NCBI GenBank assembly: GCA_016432405.1
Contig: CP066687.1
Coordinates: 42,456-106,455 of the forward strand
Direction: 5' to 3'
Length of the DNA stretch: 64,000 nucleotides
Source: Candidatus Giovannonibacteria bacterium
GTDB taxonomy: Bacteria > Patescibacteriota > Minisyncoccia > UBA11713 > 2-01-FULL-45-33
The position numbers and the translations under genes were made by a program. Of this stretch, positions 17,543 to 26,617 are shown in pieces. The stretch's first letter is position 1. Every line of letters starts with the position of its first letter. Under the pieces are notes generated by a model. It saw nothing but the letters and a program-made list of their open reading frames with translations. It did no database searches and was not told where the DNA came from.

Positions 17543-18571
17543 TTATTGGTAAATTTTGCTTGCCAGCAATTTAACTGAATCTGGGATTTTAATGCCGACT
17601 GCTTCTGCGGTTTTAAGATTAAGCTCCAATACAACATCTTTGGCGAACCAAACTGAGATTTGAGAAATCGGCACGCCCTTTAAAATTTTATCCACCAAAA
17701 CCGCACCCGTCCTCCCGCTTTCGGCGCGATCGTCGCTATAAGTCGCCGTAAAACCCAAATTGGCTCCCGCGCTGATTTCCGAACTAATGGAAGGCAGACC
17801 CGCATTTAATAGTTGGGCGGCCAGTGGTTTGGCAAGCCGCTCAATATCATTGCTTTTACAAGGGCAGGTTATATAGGCATCGCCTAATTTTTTTGTAAGC
17901 AAGGGCAGTTTTTGCAAAATCTCATCAGGCGTTTTTGTGTCTATATCAATATAAACCATCTCTACGCCGATCTTTTTAGACACCTCTGCCAATTTTTCCT
18001 TAAAAAGTTTTTCGTTGGTGGATTCTTTTTCCACAACCGAGATTACTTTTTTCATATTAGGTACCAGCTCTTTTAAAAACTCCAATCTTTTACCGACAAA
18101 TTCTACTGTTCCCTCTCCTATGCCGGTAATGAAACTTTCGGGAGACTGCAGGTTTTGCACAAAATCGCGAGGATTGCCTGCGGCCAAAAAGAAGACTTTT
18201 GTTTTAAGCTGTCCTTCGTCCTGTAATTTTTTCAACGCTCTTGCGGCGGATGTGGAGCCAATAATTATAACGTCAAGCCCGGTATCGTTCAGTTCTTTCG
18301 CGTATTGCAATATAAGATTATTGTCTCCGCCCCCGTTTTTCTCTACATAAACCAAATTCTCGTCAATCTTATAGCCCAAATCCTCCATGCGCTCCTTGAA
18401 TCCTTTGATGTTGTCGCTTTGGACGTCTTTACTGGTAAGCAAAAACCCTATTTTATAAATTCTTGGCGGCGGCAGAGGGCGGAACACTTTTGAAAAATAA
18501 TTCCAGCTAAAATAGCCTCCCAGCAAAATAATAACTATAAGGGTTGTGATTATCGCTTGGCGAAACGACAT
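17543..18571 (-). CDS. Putative ABC-transport-system substrate-binding protein (PF04392-like), paralogue
   Basis: Same architecture as 16504..17517. Shared motifs include IGFLL-type N-terminal strands and GIKIP.S at the C-terminus. Confidence 0.6.
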   Translation of the reverse strand: MSFRQAIITTLIVIILLGGYFSWNYFSKVFRPLPPPRIYKIGFLLTSKDVQSDNIKGFKERMEDLGYKIDENLVYVEKNGGGDNNLILQYAKELNDTGLDVIIIGSTSAARALKKLQDEGQLKTKVFFLAAGNPRDFVQNLQSPESFITGIGEGTVEFVGKRLEFLKELVPNMKKVISVVEKESTNEKLFKEKLAEVSKKIGVEMVYIDIDTKTPDEILQKLPLLTKKLGDAYITCPCKSNDIERLAKPLAAQLLNAGLPSISSEISAGANLGFTATYSDDRAESGRTGAVLVDKILKGVPISQISVWFAKDVVLELNLKTAEAVGIKIPDSVKLLASKIYQ

Positions 18572-18602
18572 GTTATCTTGTTGTTCATATGCTCCAATTA
18601 TA

Positions 18603-19508
18603 TCATTCAGCGTTTAGTCTAGCCACAAGACTCGCAAAGCCCAATTCTTCAAAAATAGAGGTTAGTTTGTCTTTATTTGTTTGAAAGTTGGAAATTGGAA
18701 GTTGGAACTTAACCGGCGCGTCGCGGCGGATTGTTGCCAGCGTCTTTGAAAAAAACGCTTCTTTTTTATGTTCCTTCAGCAGCTGGATTGTCTTTTCTTT
18801 TAAACCACCAACAGCCCCGCCGGCCGCGTTGGCGGGGCTGCCCTGTTCTAATTTTTGATACAAATTTTCCAGCGTGTTGAAATTTTTAATAATCTCCGTC
18901 GCTGTTTTCTCGCCAATTCCCTTAATGCCCACAATGTTATCCGATGGGTCGCCTTTTAATCCTTTGAAATCAGGCAGCAGCTCCGGGCCGAAGCCGTATC
19001 TCTCTTCAACTTTCTTTTCATCATAAATTACCGTATCTTCAATCCCTTTCCGCAAAGTAAATACAACAACTCTGTCGCCATCAACCAACTGCAAAACGTC
19101 CATATCGCCGGAGACGATAATTGTTTTTGTGTCTTTTAGCTTTTTAGTCTGCTCAACAATCGTCCCTAAAACATCGTCCGCTTCAAATCCAGGGGCATCT
19201 AAAATCGGGATGCCGAACGCCTCAACGACATCTCTCGCGCGGATAAGTTGTTTTACTAAATCCTCTTCCGCCTCCGGCCGCTTGGCTTTGTAGCCATCGT
19301 AGGTGTCGTGACGAAAGGTCGGCTCCGGCCGGTCAAAAGCCGCCACGATATAATCGGGCTTTAGTTCGCGGATAACTTTCAAAAGCATGGCGGAGAGCCC
19401 ATACAGCGCCCCCGTCGGCTCGCCGGTATTTTTTGACGTAAACTTCGGCAGCGCGTGATACGCCCGATGAATCAAAGCGTGGGTGTCAAGTAGAACCAAT
19501 GTCTTCAT
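18603..19508 (-). CDS. 5'-3' exonuclease (stand-alone Pol I N-terminal / FEN-like)
   Basis: MKTLVLLDTHALIHRAYHA, with the acidic clusters FDRPEPTFRH, ILDAPGFEADDVLGT and GDMDVLQL, and the H3TH motif IPGVKGIGEKTA. Confidence 0.85.
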   Translation of the reverse strand: MKTLVLLDTHALIHRAYHALPKFTSKNTGEPTGALYGLSAMLLKVIRELKPDYIVAAFDRPEPTFRHDTYDGYKAKRPEAEEDLVKQLIRARDVVEAFGIPILDAPGFEADDVLGTIVEQTKKLKDTKTIIVSGDMDVLQLVDGDRVVVFTLRKGIEDTVIYDEKKVEERYGFGPELLPDFKGLKGDPSDNIVGIKGIGEKTATEIIKNFNTLENLYQKLEQGSPANAAGGAVGGLKEKTIQLLKEHKKEAFFSKTLATIRRDAPVKFQLPISNFQTNKDKLTSIFEELGFASLVARLNAE

Positions 19509-19521
19509 AATTTCTTAATTT

Positions 19522-20088
19522 TTAATTCCTAATTTCTAATGAATTTCTAATTTTTAAATTTTTAAATATTGATTGAAAATTGAAAATTTCGGAATTGGAA
19601 ATTCGCAGAGTTCTTTCGTGTGGCAAATGCCCATGTCTAAATCGTAATATCAAAGCGCCACGCGGCATTATTATTTTAACGCGGTTCCCCCATTCTATTA
19701 AAATTATGTTTTGAGGATTGCGCATAAAATCGCGCCAATTTAAAATCTTAAAGTCCTTTGATTTTAAGCGGTAAGCGTCAACATGAATGAAATTTTTAAA
19801 CTTAACAAATTCGGCCGATCGGTTGAGTTTGTTAACTCCGTAAATTTGCATAATCACAAACGTTGGGCTTCTCGGATTTTCTTTAATTCCCAAACCCTTG
19901 GCGAATCCCTGCGTGAAAGTTGTTTTACCCGAACCTAGCTCGCCTTCCAAACTTAAAACCGTTGCGGTTTTAAGTTTGTCCGCCGAAGCTTTAGCGAAGG
20001 CGAATTTCAATACTTCTTGCGCCAAAATTTCTCCCAGTTTTTTTGTCTCTTTGCCGCTTCTGGTTAAAATCTCCACTTGTTCTTTCAT
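19522..20088 (-). CDS. tsaE: tRNA t6A biosynthesis protein TsaE (YjeE P-loop ATPase)
   Basis: LEGELGSGKTTFTQGFAKGLGI...SPTF, then VDAYRL...IEW. The start is set at MKEQVEIL. The C-terminal ~24 aa run through an AT-rich heptamer-repeat region. Confidence 0.7.
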   Translation of the reverse strand: MKEQVEILTRSGKETKKLGEILAQEVLKFAFAKASADKLKTATVLSLEGELGSGKTTFTQGFAKGLGIKENPRSPTFVIMQIYGVNKLNRSAEFVKFKNFIHVDAYRLKSKDFKILNWRDFMRNPQNIILIEWGNRVKIIMPRGALILRFRHGHLPHERTLRISNSEIFNFQSIFKNLKIRNSLEIRN

Positions 20089-20125
20089 TAACCATAGTTT
20101 AGCAAAGAAAAATAAACGGGGCACA

Positions 20126-20521
20126 TCACTGTGCCCCTTCTGCCGGTGCCGGGGTCGGATTTTTTGGAGCGGTGGAAAAATCCACGGTCTCCTCACCGCA
20201 TCCGAAGATGCTCAAGAATCCGCCCAAACAAATCAGTCCCCCGCTCCTTTTCTTCACAGTCAACGTCGTCCCCGGCGGCGGGTTAATGATAGTCGTCCCG
20301 CCTCGGGCGTAGACGCTGTCGGGCGCGTATGGCGAATCGTCGTGGCGCCCGTCGTAATAACGGTCGCCATACCAGCGCCCGCCCCGATCAAACGACGCGT
20401 ACCGGCAGTGCGGCGTATCACACCGCAACCCAATTCCCTGTGCCTCAACCAGCTGTGGACCGGTCAGCTCGTAGCTCCAAAGCAACCAGAAAATTCCGGC
20501 AAAAACAATCATTTTCTTCAT
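20126..20521 (-). CDS. Hypothetical secreted protein
   Basis: Strong RBS GGCAGGAGGG followed by ATG, and the signal peptide MKKMIVFAGIFWLLWSY. It is Gly/Arg/Tyr-rich. Confidence 0.5.
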   Translation of the reverse strand: MKKMIVFAGIFWLLWSYELTGPQLVEAQGIGLRCDTPHCRYASFDRGGRWYGDRYYDGRHDDSPYAPDSVYARGGTTIINPPPGTTLTVKKRSGGLICLGGFLSIFGCGEETVDFSTAPKNPTPAPAEGAQ

Positions 20522-20642
20522 AAAAAGACCCTCCTGCCGTTAATTATACTCTTTCCGGCAAAAAAGTCAAGCCAGTTATCCACCTTGCCTGCCGGCTGGC
20601 GGGTTGCTTAAAAATTGCCCTCCGTGCTAGGAATTAATCATC

Positions 20643-21656
20643 ATGTCCGAAGCCGCGGAAAAATTTAAAGAGATTGTCCAGAAAGCCGACTCAATCGCAG
20701 TAAGCGTGGCCCCCGCGAACAAAGAACTTAATTTGCCGGACAATAAAAAATTGCTCGCGGGCTCAATACTCCACAATTTTTTTCTATCGCTCGGCAAGAA
20801 ATCCGCGCTGAACGAAACCGCACCGGAAGAAAACGTGCTGATACGGCTGGATACCAAAAAACTTCCAATTTCGGAACTTAAATATGAAAGAGACGGAGAC
20901 GAACTTAAAATTATCCTCAAAAGCCCGGAGAAATCTCCCGACATAAGCCATGTTTCGGTAAGCAAAGAAATCGCGCCGGCGGATCTTTTGGTGCTCATAG
21001 ACCCGCCGGAGGATGAAATTCCCGGACTGCTGGAAAAAACGGCGCACCGCGACGTGGTAAAACTGACGGCCAAAGAAAAACATCTTGCCGCAAAGCTTGC
21101 GGAGCTTCTGGAAATATTTGATAAAAAGTTTCTGGAAGGAGCCAAAGAAAATTTGTGGATACTGCTCTCCTCCGAAGAAAAAGCGCTTGCGGCCCATTCA
21201 CAAAACGGGTATCTGCTCTTGCAAAAACTGCTGGAGCTCGGGCTTGACGAGGAAAAAGCGAAAAAAGCGCGGCTGGAGAAAAAATCGGCTTTTTGGAAAC
21301 TTCTGGGCCGGGCGCTTGCCAGAAGCGAGTATGAAGAAAATATCGGAACGGCTTGGTCTTTTCTGCCGAAAGCGGATTTCCAAAAAACCGGAGCGGGGCA
21401 GGACGCCATTTTAGAAATTTTTGAAGAATTCCGGGCGGAGATGGCCGGCGCCGGTTTTTGGGCGCTCTTATGGGAAACCTCTTCGGAGCCAAAAAAAATA
21501 TCCGCAGTTATCTCATCTGCCGACAATTCAAAACTTGCGCCGCTGGCGGGGCTTTTCGGGGCCTCTTTGGCCTCATCGTGTATTTTTGCGAGCGGCTTTT
21601 CGGCTTTTTCCGAAGCCGAAATTAAAATACGCGGCCACATAAAGAAAGTTCTTTGA
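20643..21656 (+). CDS. Hypothetical protein
   Basis: A 337-aa K/E-rich protein with protein-like composition. The antisense 337-aa ORF is Ser-rich and low-complexity, so it was rejected. The gene lies upstream of the secretion ATPase. Confidence 0.5.
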   Translation: MSEAAEKFKEIVQKADSIAVSVAPANKELNLPDNKKLLAGSILHNFFLSLGKKSALNETAPEENVLIRLDTKKLPISELKYERDGDELKIILKSPEKSPDISHVSVSKEIAPADLLVLIDPPEDEIPGLLEKTAHRDVVKLTAKEKHLAAKLAELLEIFDKKFLEGAKENLWILLSSEEKALAAHSQNGYLLLQKLLELGLDEEKAKKARLEKKSAFWKLLGRALARSEYEENIGTAWSFLPKADFQKTGAGQDAILEIFEEFRAEMAGAGFWALLWETSSEPKKISAVISSADNSKLAPLAGLFGASLASSCIFASGFSAFSEAEIKIRGHIKKVL

Positions 21657-21674
21657 TAATGCTATAATTGAAGA

Positions 21675-23342
21675 ATGCCCAAGGATGACACTATCTCCGA
21701 GCTCCGAAAAAAAGAAGAAGAAGATTTGGCGCGGATTTTGGCGCAAAAACACGGACTTACTTATCTTGACCTCTCACGCATCACGATTGATTTGGATTCG
21801 CTCAAGATAATTCCAGAAGAGACCGCGCGGGCGAATTCCGTAGCCGTGATACAAAGCGTTGGGAAAAAACTGCAGGTTGCGCTTACGAACCCGGAGCGGC
21901 CGGCGGTTAAAGAAGTTTTGGAAAATCTTAAAGCGAAAAAATATGAACCCCAGCTTTTTTTGGTCTCCCCTTCCGGCCTGGAAAAGGCCTTGTCCAAATA
22001 CAAAGAGATTCCGCGTTTTGAGGAAATCAAGGCGGGGATTATAGACATCTCCCCCGACAAGCTCGCGGCCTTCGCCGAAACCGCCGGGTCTTTTGAAAAA
22101 TTCAAAGAGGCCGTCTCCGCCATGGCGCGCGAAAAAGAAGCGAAAAAGGCCTCCGACGCGCTTGAGCTGATTCTGGCCGGAGCGTTAGGAGTTGAAGCGT
22201 CGGATGTGCATATAGAGCCGTCGGAGAAGACCGCCAAAATAAGATTGCGGATGGACGGAGTTTTGCAGGACGCGGCCGAGATACCGCTGCCGCTTTTTTC
22301 GCTGCTGCTCTCCCGGATAAAACTCATATCGGAACTCAAGCTTAATATCCACGACAAGCCCCAGGACGGCAGGTTCACCATAAAAACCCAAAAAGAGGAT
22401 ATAGAAGTCAGGACTTCCGCGCTGCCGGGCCCTTACGGAGAATCCGTAGTTATGCGGCTTTTACTGCCCAAGACCATTTCCATAACTTTTGACGGACTCG
22501 GCATGCAGCCCCCGGTTTATAAAATGATGAAAGGCGAGCTTGTCCGTCCCAATGGAATGATTCTTACGACCGGCCCCACCGGCTCCGGCAAAACCACAAC
22601 CCTTTACTCTTTTTTAAAAACCATCGCTTCGCAGGAAGTAAAAGTAATAACAATAGAAGACCCGATTGAATACCATCTGCCCAACATTACCCAAACGCAG
22701 GTGGATCCCGCAAAAGGATACGATTTCGGAAACGGCCTCCGCTCAATTTTGCGGCAGGACCCGGACATCATACTGGTCGGTGAAATCCGCGACTTGGAAA
22801 CCGCGGAGATAGCAATGCACGCGGCGCTCACGGGGCATCTGGTTTTCTCCACCCTTCACACCAACGACGCCGCCGGAACAATCCCCCGGCTTATAGATCT
22901 GGGGGTTAAAACAAATATCATCTCGCCGGCCCTGAATTTGGTCATAGCCCAACGCCTCGTGAGAATACTCTGCAAAGAGTGCAAAATACAGGTTTCTCCG
23001 TCGGTTGGAGAAAAAAGGGCGATTTTAAAAACCGTCTCCGAGCTCCCGCCGTCTTACAAAGAGTTATTACCGCCTCCGCCAGCTGGCAGATTCAAAATAT
23101 GGAAAGCAGCCGGCTGCGCGGCCTGCAACGGCACGGGATTTAAAGGGAGAATCGGCATCTTTGAAGCATTTCTTATTGATAACGAAATGGAGCGGCTGAT
23201 AATCAAAAACCCGCCGAAAGCGGACATTGAAGAAGCTGCAAAAAAACAGGGAATGGCGACAATGTATCAGGACGGTGCGTTGAAAGTTCTGGACGGGATT
23301 ACGTCCTTTGAAGAATTAAACAGGGTCGTTTCTGAAGAGTAG
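21675..23342 (+). CDS. Type II/IV secretion system ATPase (GspE/PilB family; likely type IV pilus assembly ATPase)
   Basis: Walker A TGPTGSGKTTTLYS, Asp box, Walker B ILVGEIRD, His box, and the C-terminal tetracysteine CKEC...CAACNGTG. Confidence 0.9.
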   Translation: MPKDDTISELRKKEEEDLARILAQKHGLTYLDLSRITIDLDSLKIIPEETARANSVAVIQSVGKKLQVALTNPERPAVKEVLENLKAKKYEPQLFLVSPSGLEKALSKYKEIPRFEEIKAGIIDISPDKLAAFAETAGSFEKFKEAVSAMAREKEAKKASDALELILAGALGVEASDVHIEPSEKTAKIRLRMDGVLQDAAEIPLPLFSLLLSRIKLISELKLNIHDKPQDGRFTIKTQKEDIEVRTSALPGPYGESVVMRLLLPKTISITFDGLGMQPPVYKMMKGELVRPNGMILTTGPTGSGKTTTLYSFLKTIASQEVKVITIEDPIEYHLPNITQTQVDPAKGYDFGNGLRSILRQDPDIILVGEIRDLETAEIAMHAALTGHLVFSTLHTNDAAGTIPRLIDLGVKTNIISPALNLVIAQRLVRILCKECKIQVSPSVGEKRAILKTVSELPPSYKELLPPPPAGRFKIWKAAGCAACNGTGFKGRIGIFEAFLIDNEMERLIIKNPPKADIEEAAKKQGMATMYQDGALKVLDGITSFEELNRVVSEE

Positions 23343-23558
23343 TCTCTAGGCAATTGCTCTTCCATGGGTAGATAGAGCTTAGATTTTCTCCGAGGAGTGG
23401 CGCCGCGTCTCTTGCGTAAAACAAGGCGCCGAGCCATCCTAGGACTAAGAGAAAAATCCGCTTTCTCCCCGCATAGCGGAGGGAAAATCGCCTAGAGACC
23501 ACTTTCCGGAAACACGGCTTTTTATAAATCTTTCCCATTATAGCAAATTAAATAGCAT

Positions 23559-24602
23559 ATGTCAAGTGTCAGCCAAAACATTGAATTGTCTCCGAAAAAG
23601 AAGAGTGAAGACCTGTCTTTGGACGTGGCTTTGCGGCCGAAGTCGTTTGAAGAATACGTGGGGCAGGACAAAGTCAAAAGAAACCTGAAAATTTTAATTG
23701 AGGCCGCGAAAAAACGCGGCGAGCCGCTGGAGCACCTTCTTTTTTACGGCCCGGCGGGATTGGGCAAGACCACTCTCGCCTACCTCATAGCCAAGGAAAC
23801 GGCGAGTCAGATTAAAATCACCTCGGGGCCGGCCGTGGAGAAAATCGGAGACCTGGCTTCAATTCTAACCAATCTTTCGCCTGGAGACATATTATTTATA
23901 GACGAAGCGCATCGTCTAAACAAGCTAATAGAAGAAATTTTGTATCCGGCGATGGAGAACCGGTCCTTGGACATAATAATAGGAAAAGGCCCCTCGGCGC
24001 GGACAATACAACTGGAGCTTCCGCCTTTCACCTTAATAGCCGCTACGACCAGAATCGCCCTGCTTTCCTCGCCGCTCCGCTCGCGCTTTTCTGGAGGAGC
24101 GTTCAGATTGGATTTTTATAATCAACCCGACATAGAAAAGATAATCAAGCGGAGCGCGGGGATTTTAAGCGTCCAAATTGAAGCCGGCGCAGTTCCCTTA
24201 ATCGCCTCGCGCTCTAGATTTACCCCCAGGATAGCCAACCGGCTTTTGAAGCGAGCTCGTGATTTCGCGGAGGTGAAAGGTCCGCCAGCTGGCGGAGGCG
24301 TAGTGACTTCCGCGCTCGCGGAGGAAGCGCTGAAACTTTTGGAAATAGACGAGCTCGGCTTGGAAGCGGTGGACAGAAAAATTCTGGACACCATAATCAG
24401 AAAATTCGCCGGCGGGCCGGTAGGACTTTCTACCATCTCTGCTTCCACTATGGAAGAAGAGGACACAATTGAGGAAATCTACGAACCGTATTTGATGCAG
24501 TTGGGCTTCCTTGAGCGCACCCCCCGCGGCCGCCTAGCAACCCCTCGCGCGTATGAACATCTGGGACTGAAAGCGCCGAGCGACCAGCAGAAATTGATTT
24601 AA
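23559..24602 (+). CDS. ruvB: Holliday junction DNA helicase RuvB
   Basis: LLFYGPAGLGKTTLA, ILFIDEAHRL, sensor motifs, and a winged-helix C-terminus. Confidence 0.95.
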   Translation: MSSVSQNIELSPKKKSEDLSLDVALRPKSFEEYVGQDKVKRNLKILIEAAKKRGEPLEHLLFYGPAGLGKTTLAYLIAKETASQIKITSGPAVEKIGDLASILTNLSPGDILFIDEAHRLNKLIEEILYPAMENRSLDIIIGKGPSARTIQLELPPFTLIAATTRIALLSSPLRSRFSGGAFRLDFYNQPDIEKIIKRSAGILSVQIEAGAVPLIASRSRFTPRIANRLLKRARDFAEVKGPPAGGGVVTSALAEEALKLLEIDELGLEAVDRKILDTIIRKFAGGPVGLSTISASTMEEEDTIEEIYEPYLMQLGFLERTPRGRLATPRAYEHLGLKAPSDQQKLI

Positions 24603-24626
24603 TGCTTTTAATGCTATTATAGAAGC

Positions 24627-24827
24627 ATGGCTTTCGTTGTGGCGCTGGTTTTGTATGTCTTGTTTCTTGCCGTTTATTGGTTTTTTGTGCTGTCAATTTT
24701 GTGGCATGTCCGGGAATACACCATGCCGCAGGACGGCTCGCGCTGGATTATCTGGGCTTTTTTGGGAATAATAGTTTTTTTGAATACAGTGTCCCTCGCA
24801 TTATTTTTTAGCCTGCCGCTGGCATGA
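24627..24827 (+). CDS. Small membrane protein (hypothetical)
   Basis: A 66-aa protein with two predicted TM helices, immediately upstream of and co-oriented with the PH-domain membrane gene. Confidence 0.35.
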   Translation: MAFVVALVLYVLFLAVYWFFVLSILWHVREYTMPQDGSRWIIWAFLGIIVFLNTVSLALFFSLPLA

Positions 24828-25330
24828 TTCATCTTTCCCAAAATGAAAAAGTTTTAATGGTTTTGCACCGCCATTGGATAGTAATCGTCCTGAAATTTCT
24901 CATCGGCGTTATTTTGCTGATCTTGCCGGCCGCCGCGGCTCCTTTTTTCCCTGCCGCCGAGGCCGCGGGCGGGATTTCGCAGGTGGTTCTCTGGTTTTTC
25001 GCGCTGATTTATCTGCTTATAATTATGGCCGTAATGTTCTTTTTTTGGATTGACTATTATTTGGACGTCTGGATAATAACCTCGGAAAGAATCGTGGACA
25101 TAAATCAAAAGGGTCTTTTTAACCGCGATGTTTCAGAATTTATGCTGGATAAGGTTCAGGATATCACGATAGAAATCCCGAACATGGCTGCGTCGCTGCT
25201 TAGGTACGGCAATATTATAATCCAAACCGCCGGCGAGAGGTCTTTCGCCATAAAGCAGGTGCCGCGAATATACGAAGCGAAAAACTTAATACTGGATTAC
25301 GCGAAAAAACAAAATGTCGGGGCACTCTAA
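24824..25330 (+). CDS. Bacterial PH-domain (YdbS/YdbT-like) membrane protein
   Basis: Two TM helices, then WIITSERIVDI...NIIIQTAG, which is typical of bPH_2. Confidence 0.6.
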   Translation: MIHLSQNEKVLMVLHRHWIVIVLKFLIGVILLILPAAAAPFFPAAEAAGGISQVVLWFFALIYLLIIMAVMFFFWIDYYLDVWIITSERIVDINQKGLFNRDVSEFMLDKVQDITIEIPNMAASLLRYGNIIIQTAGERSFAIKQVPRIYEAKNLILDYAKKQNVGAL

Positions 25331-25889
25331 ATGGGCGCAGATAAAATATAAAAAGGGCTTAACGGACGCGAAACGCGGGAAAATTTTTTCCAAGCTCTCG
25401 CGGCTGATAACCATCGCTGCCAAGAGTCCGCCGGCTGGCCCCGACGGCGCCGTCGGGGCTGGCGGAGGGCCTGACCCCAAAATCAACTCACGCCTCGCCG
25501 CCGCGATAGAAGAGGCGCGGAAAGCAAACATGCCCTCGGACAATATTAACCGAGCGATTAAAAAGGCATCAGCCAAAGAAAGTATAGAGTTAAAAGAAGT
25601 TATTTACGAAGCGTACGGCCCAGGCGGGTCGGCCATTATCGTCGTCGCCGTCACCGACAACCCCAACCGCACTACCAATGAAATCAAACACATTCTTTCT
25701 GAACACGGCGCGAAACTCGGCGTTGAGGGCTCTGTGATGTGGGCTTTTGATAAAAAAGATAAAGAATATATCGCAAAGTATCCCGTTTCACTCTCCGGCG
25801 ATGACTCTAAAAAATTTGAAGCGCTTCTGGAAGCCCTCTCCGACCACGACGACGCGCAGGAAGTTTATTCTAACGCGGAAATAAAATGA
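25314..25889 (+). CDS. yebC: YebC/PmpR-family transcriptional regulator (short form)
   Basis: MSGHSKWAQIKYKKG...KRGKIFSKL N-terminus. It lies upstream of ruvC, as is typical. Confidence 0.8.
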   Translation: MSGHSKWAQIKYKKGLTDAKRGKIFSKLSRLITIAAKSPPAGPDGAVGAGGGPDPKINSRLAAAIEEARKANMPSDNINRAIKKASAKESIELKEVIYEAYGPGGSAIIVVAVTDNPNRTTNEIKHILSEHGAKLGVEGSVMWAFDKKDKEYIAKYPVSLSGDDSKKFEALLEALSDHDDAQEVYSNAEIK

Positions 25890-26362
25890 AAATTTTAGGA
25901 ATTGACCCCGGGATAGAGAGATTGGGGTGGGGGTTGTTGGAAAAAAACGCGGACGGAATCAGGAGAATTGATTCCGGAGTTAAAAAAACGCTGAAAACCC
26001 GAAAAGAAAGCGAACGGCTTTGGGAAATTTTTGAGTTTTTGGATAAATTAATCAAAACAACAAAGCCCGACGCGCTTTCCACGGAAAAATTGTTCTTTGC
26101 CAAAAACGTAAAAACCGCTCTTATAATCGGCGAGGTCAGGGGGGTGATATTGGCGGTTGCCCAAAAGCACGGCCTCCCGGTAAGCGAATTCACCCCGTCG
26201 GAGGTGAAGATGGCCGTCTGTGGATATGGCCGGGCCAGCAAGGAAAGCGTGGCCTCTATGCTCGCAATTTCCATAAACTTGCCTAAAATCAAGCTGCTGG
26301 ACGACGAAACTGACGCTTTGGCAATAGCCCTTACCGGACTAGTAAGGAGCCGTTTTCCATAA
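25886..26362 (+). CDS. ruvC: Crossover junction endodeoxyribonuclease RuvC
   Basis: MKILGIDPG N-terminus, DALAIAL near the C-terminus, and a length of about 158 aa. Confidence 0.9.
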   Translation: MKILGIDPGIERLGWGLLEKNADGIRRIDSGVKKTLKTRKESERLWEIFEFLDKLIKTTKPDALSTEKLFFAKNVKTALIIGEVRGVILAVAQKHGLPVSEFTPSEVKMAVCGYGRASKESVASMLAISINLPKIKLLDDETDALAIALTGLVRSRFP

Positions 26363-26448
26363 CTTATCCACAAGCCCTGTTTGCGCCCAATTTTAAACTT
26401 TCCTAAACTTTGAAAGATAAGATTAAAAGGGCGTAAAATTTTTAAAAT

Positions 26449-26616
26449 ATGGCCAATAAGAAAAACAGCGGGTTCGGCGATTCTGTAAGCGACGATGCGC
26501 TGAACGGCGATATCGGCGCAGATGAAAAAGATGCCGGTTCGGACGGCGAAAACGACGACGCGGAAGAGTTGGAAAATCCGGATTCGTGGGAGTTGGAAGA
26601 GGATGTGGAAGAGTAA
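26449..26616 (+). CDS. Small acidic protein (hypothetical, 55 aa)
   Basis: ATG at 26449 to TAA at 26614-26616. Translation: MANKKNSGFGDSVSDDALNGDIGADEKDAGSDGENDDAEELENPDSWELEEDVEE. It is not in the supplied ORF track because it is under 60 aa. Confidence 0.25.
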   Translation: MANKKNSGFGDSVSDDALNGDIGADEKDAGSDGENDDAEELENPDSWELEEDVEE

Positions 26617-26617
26617 A

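Noticed and set aside
19898-20611. 237-aa plus-strand ORF.
   Set aside because: It is antisense to tsaE and to the RBS-supported secreted-protein gene 20126..20521. Its composition is Pro/Arg/Ser-rich and it has no start context.
20627-21640. 337-aa minus-strand ORF mirroring the 20643..21656 plus-strand ORF.
   Set aside because: The translation is Ser/Ala/Phe-rich low complexity (SSSSPSSSSF...), typical of an antisense shadow of a Lys/Glu-rich gene. The plus-strand frame has protein-like composition and sits in an operon-like position before the secretion ATPase.
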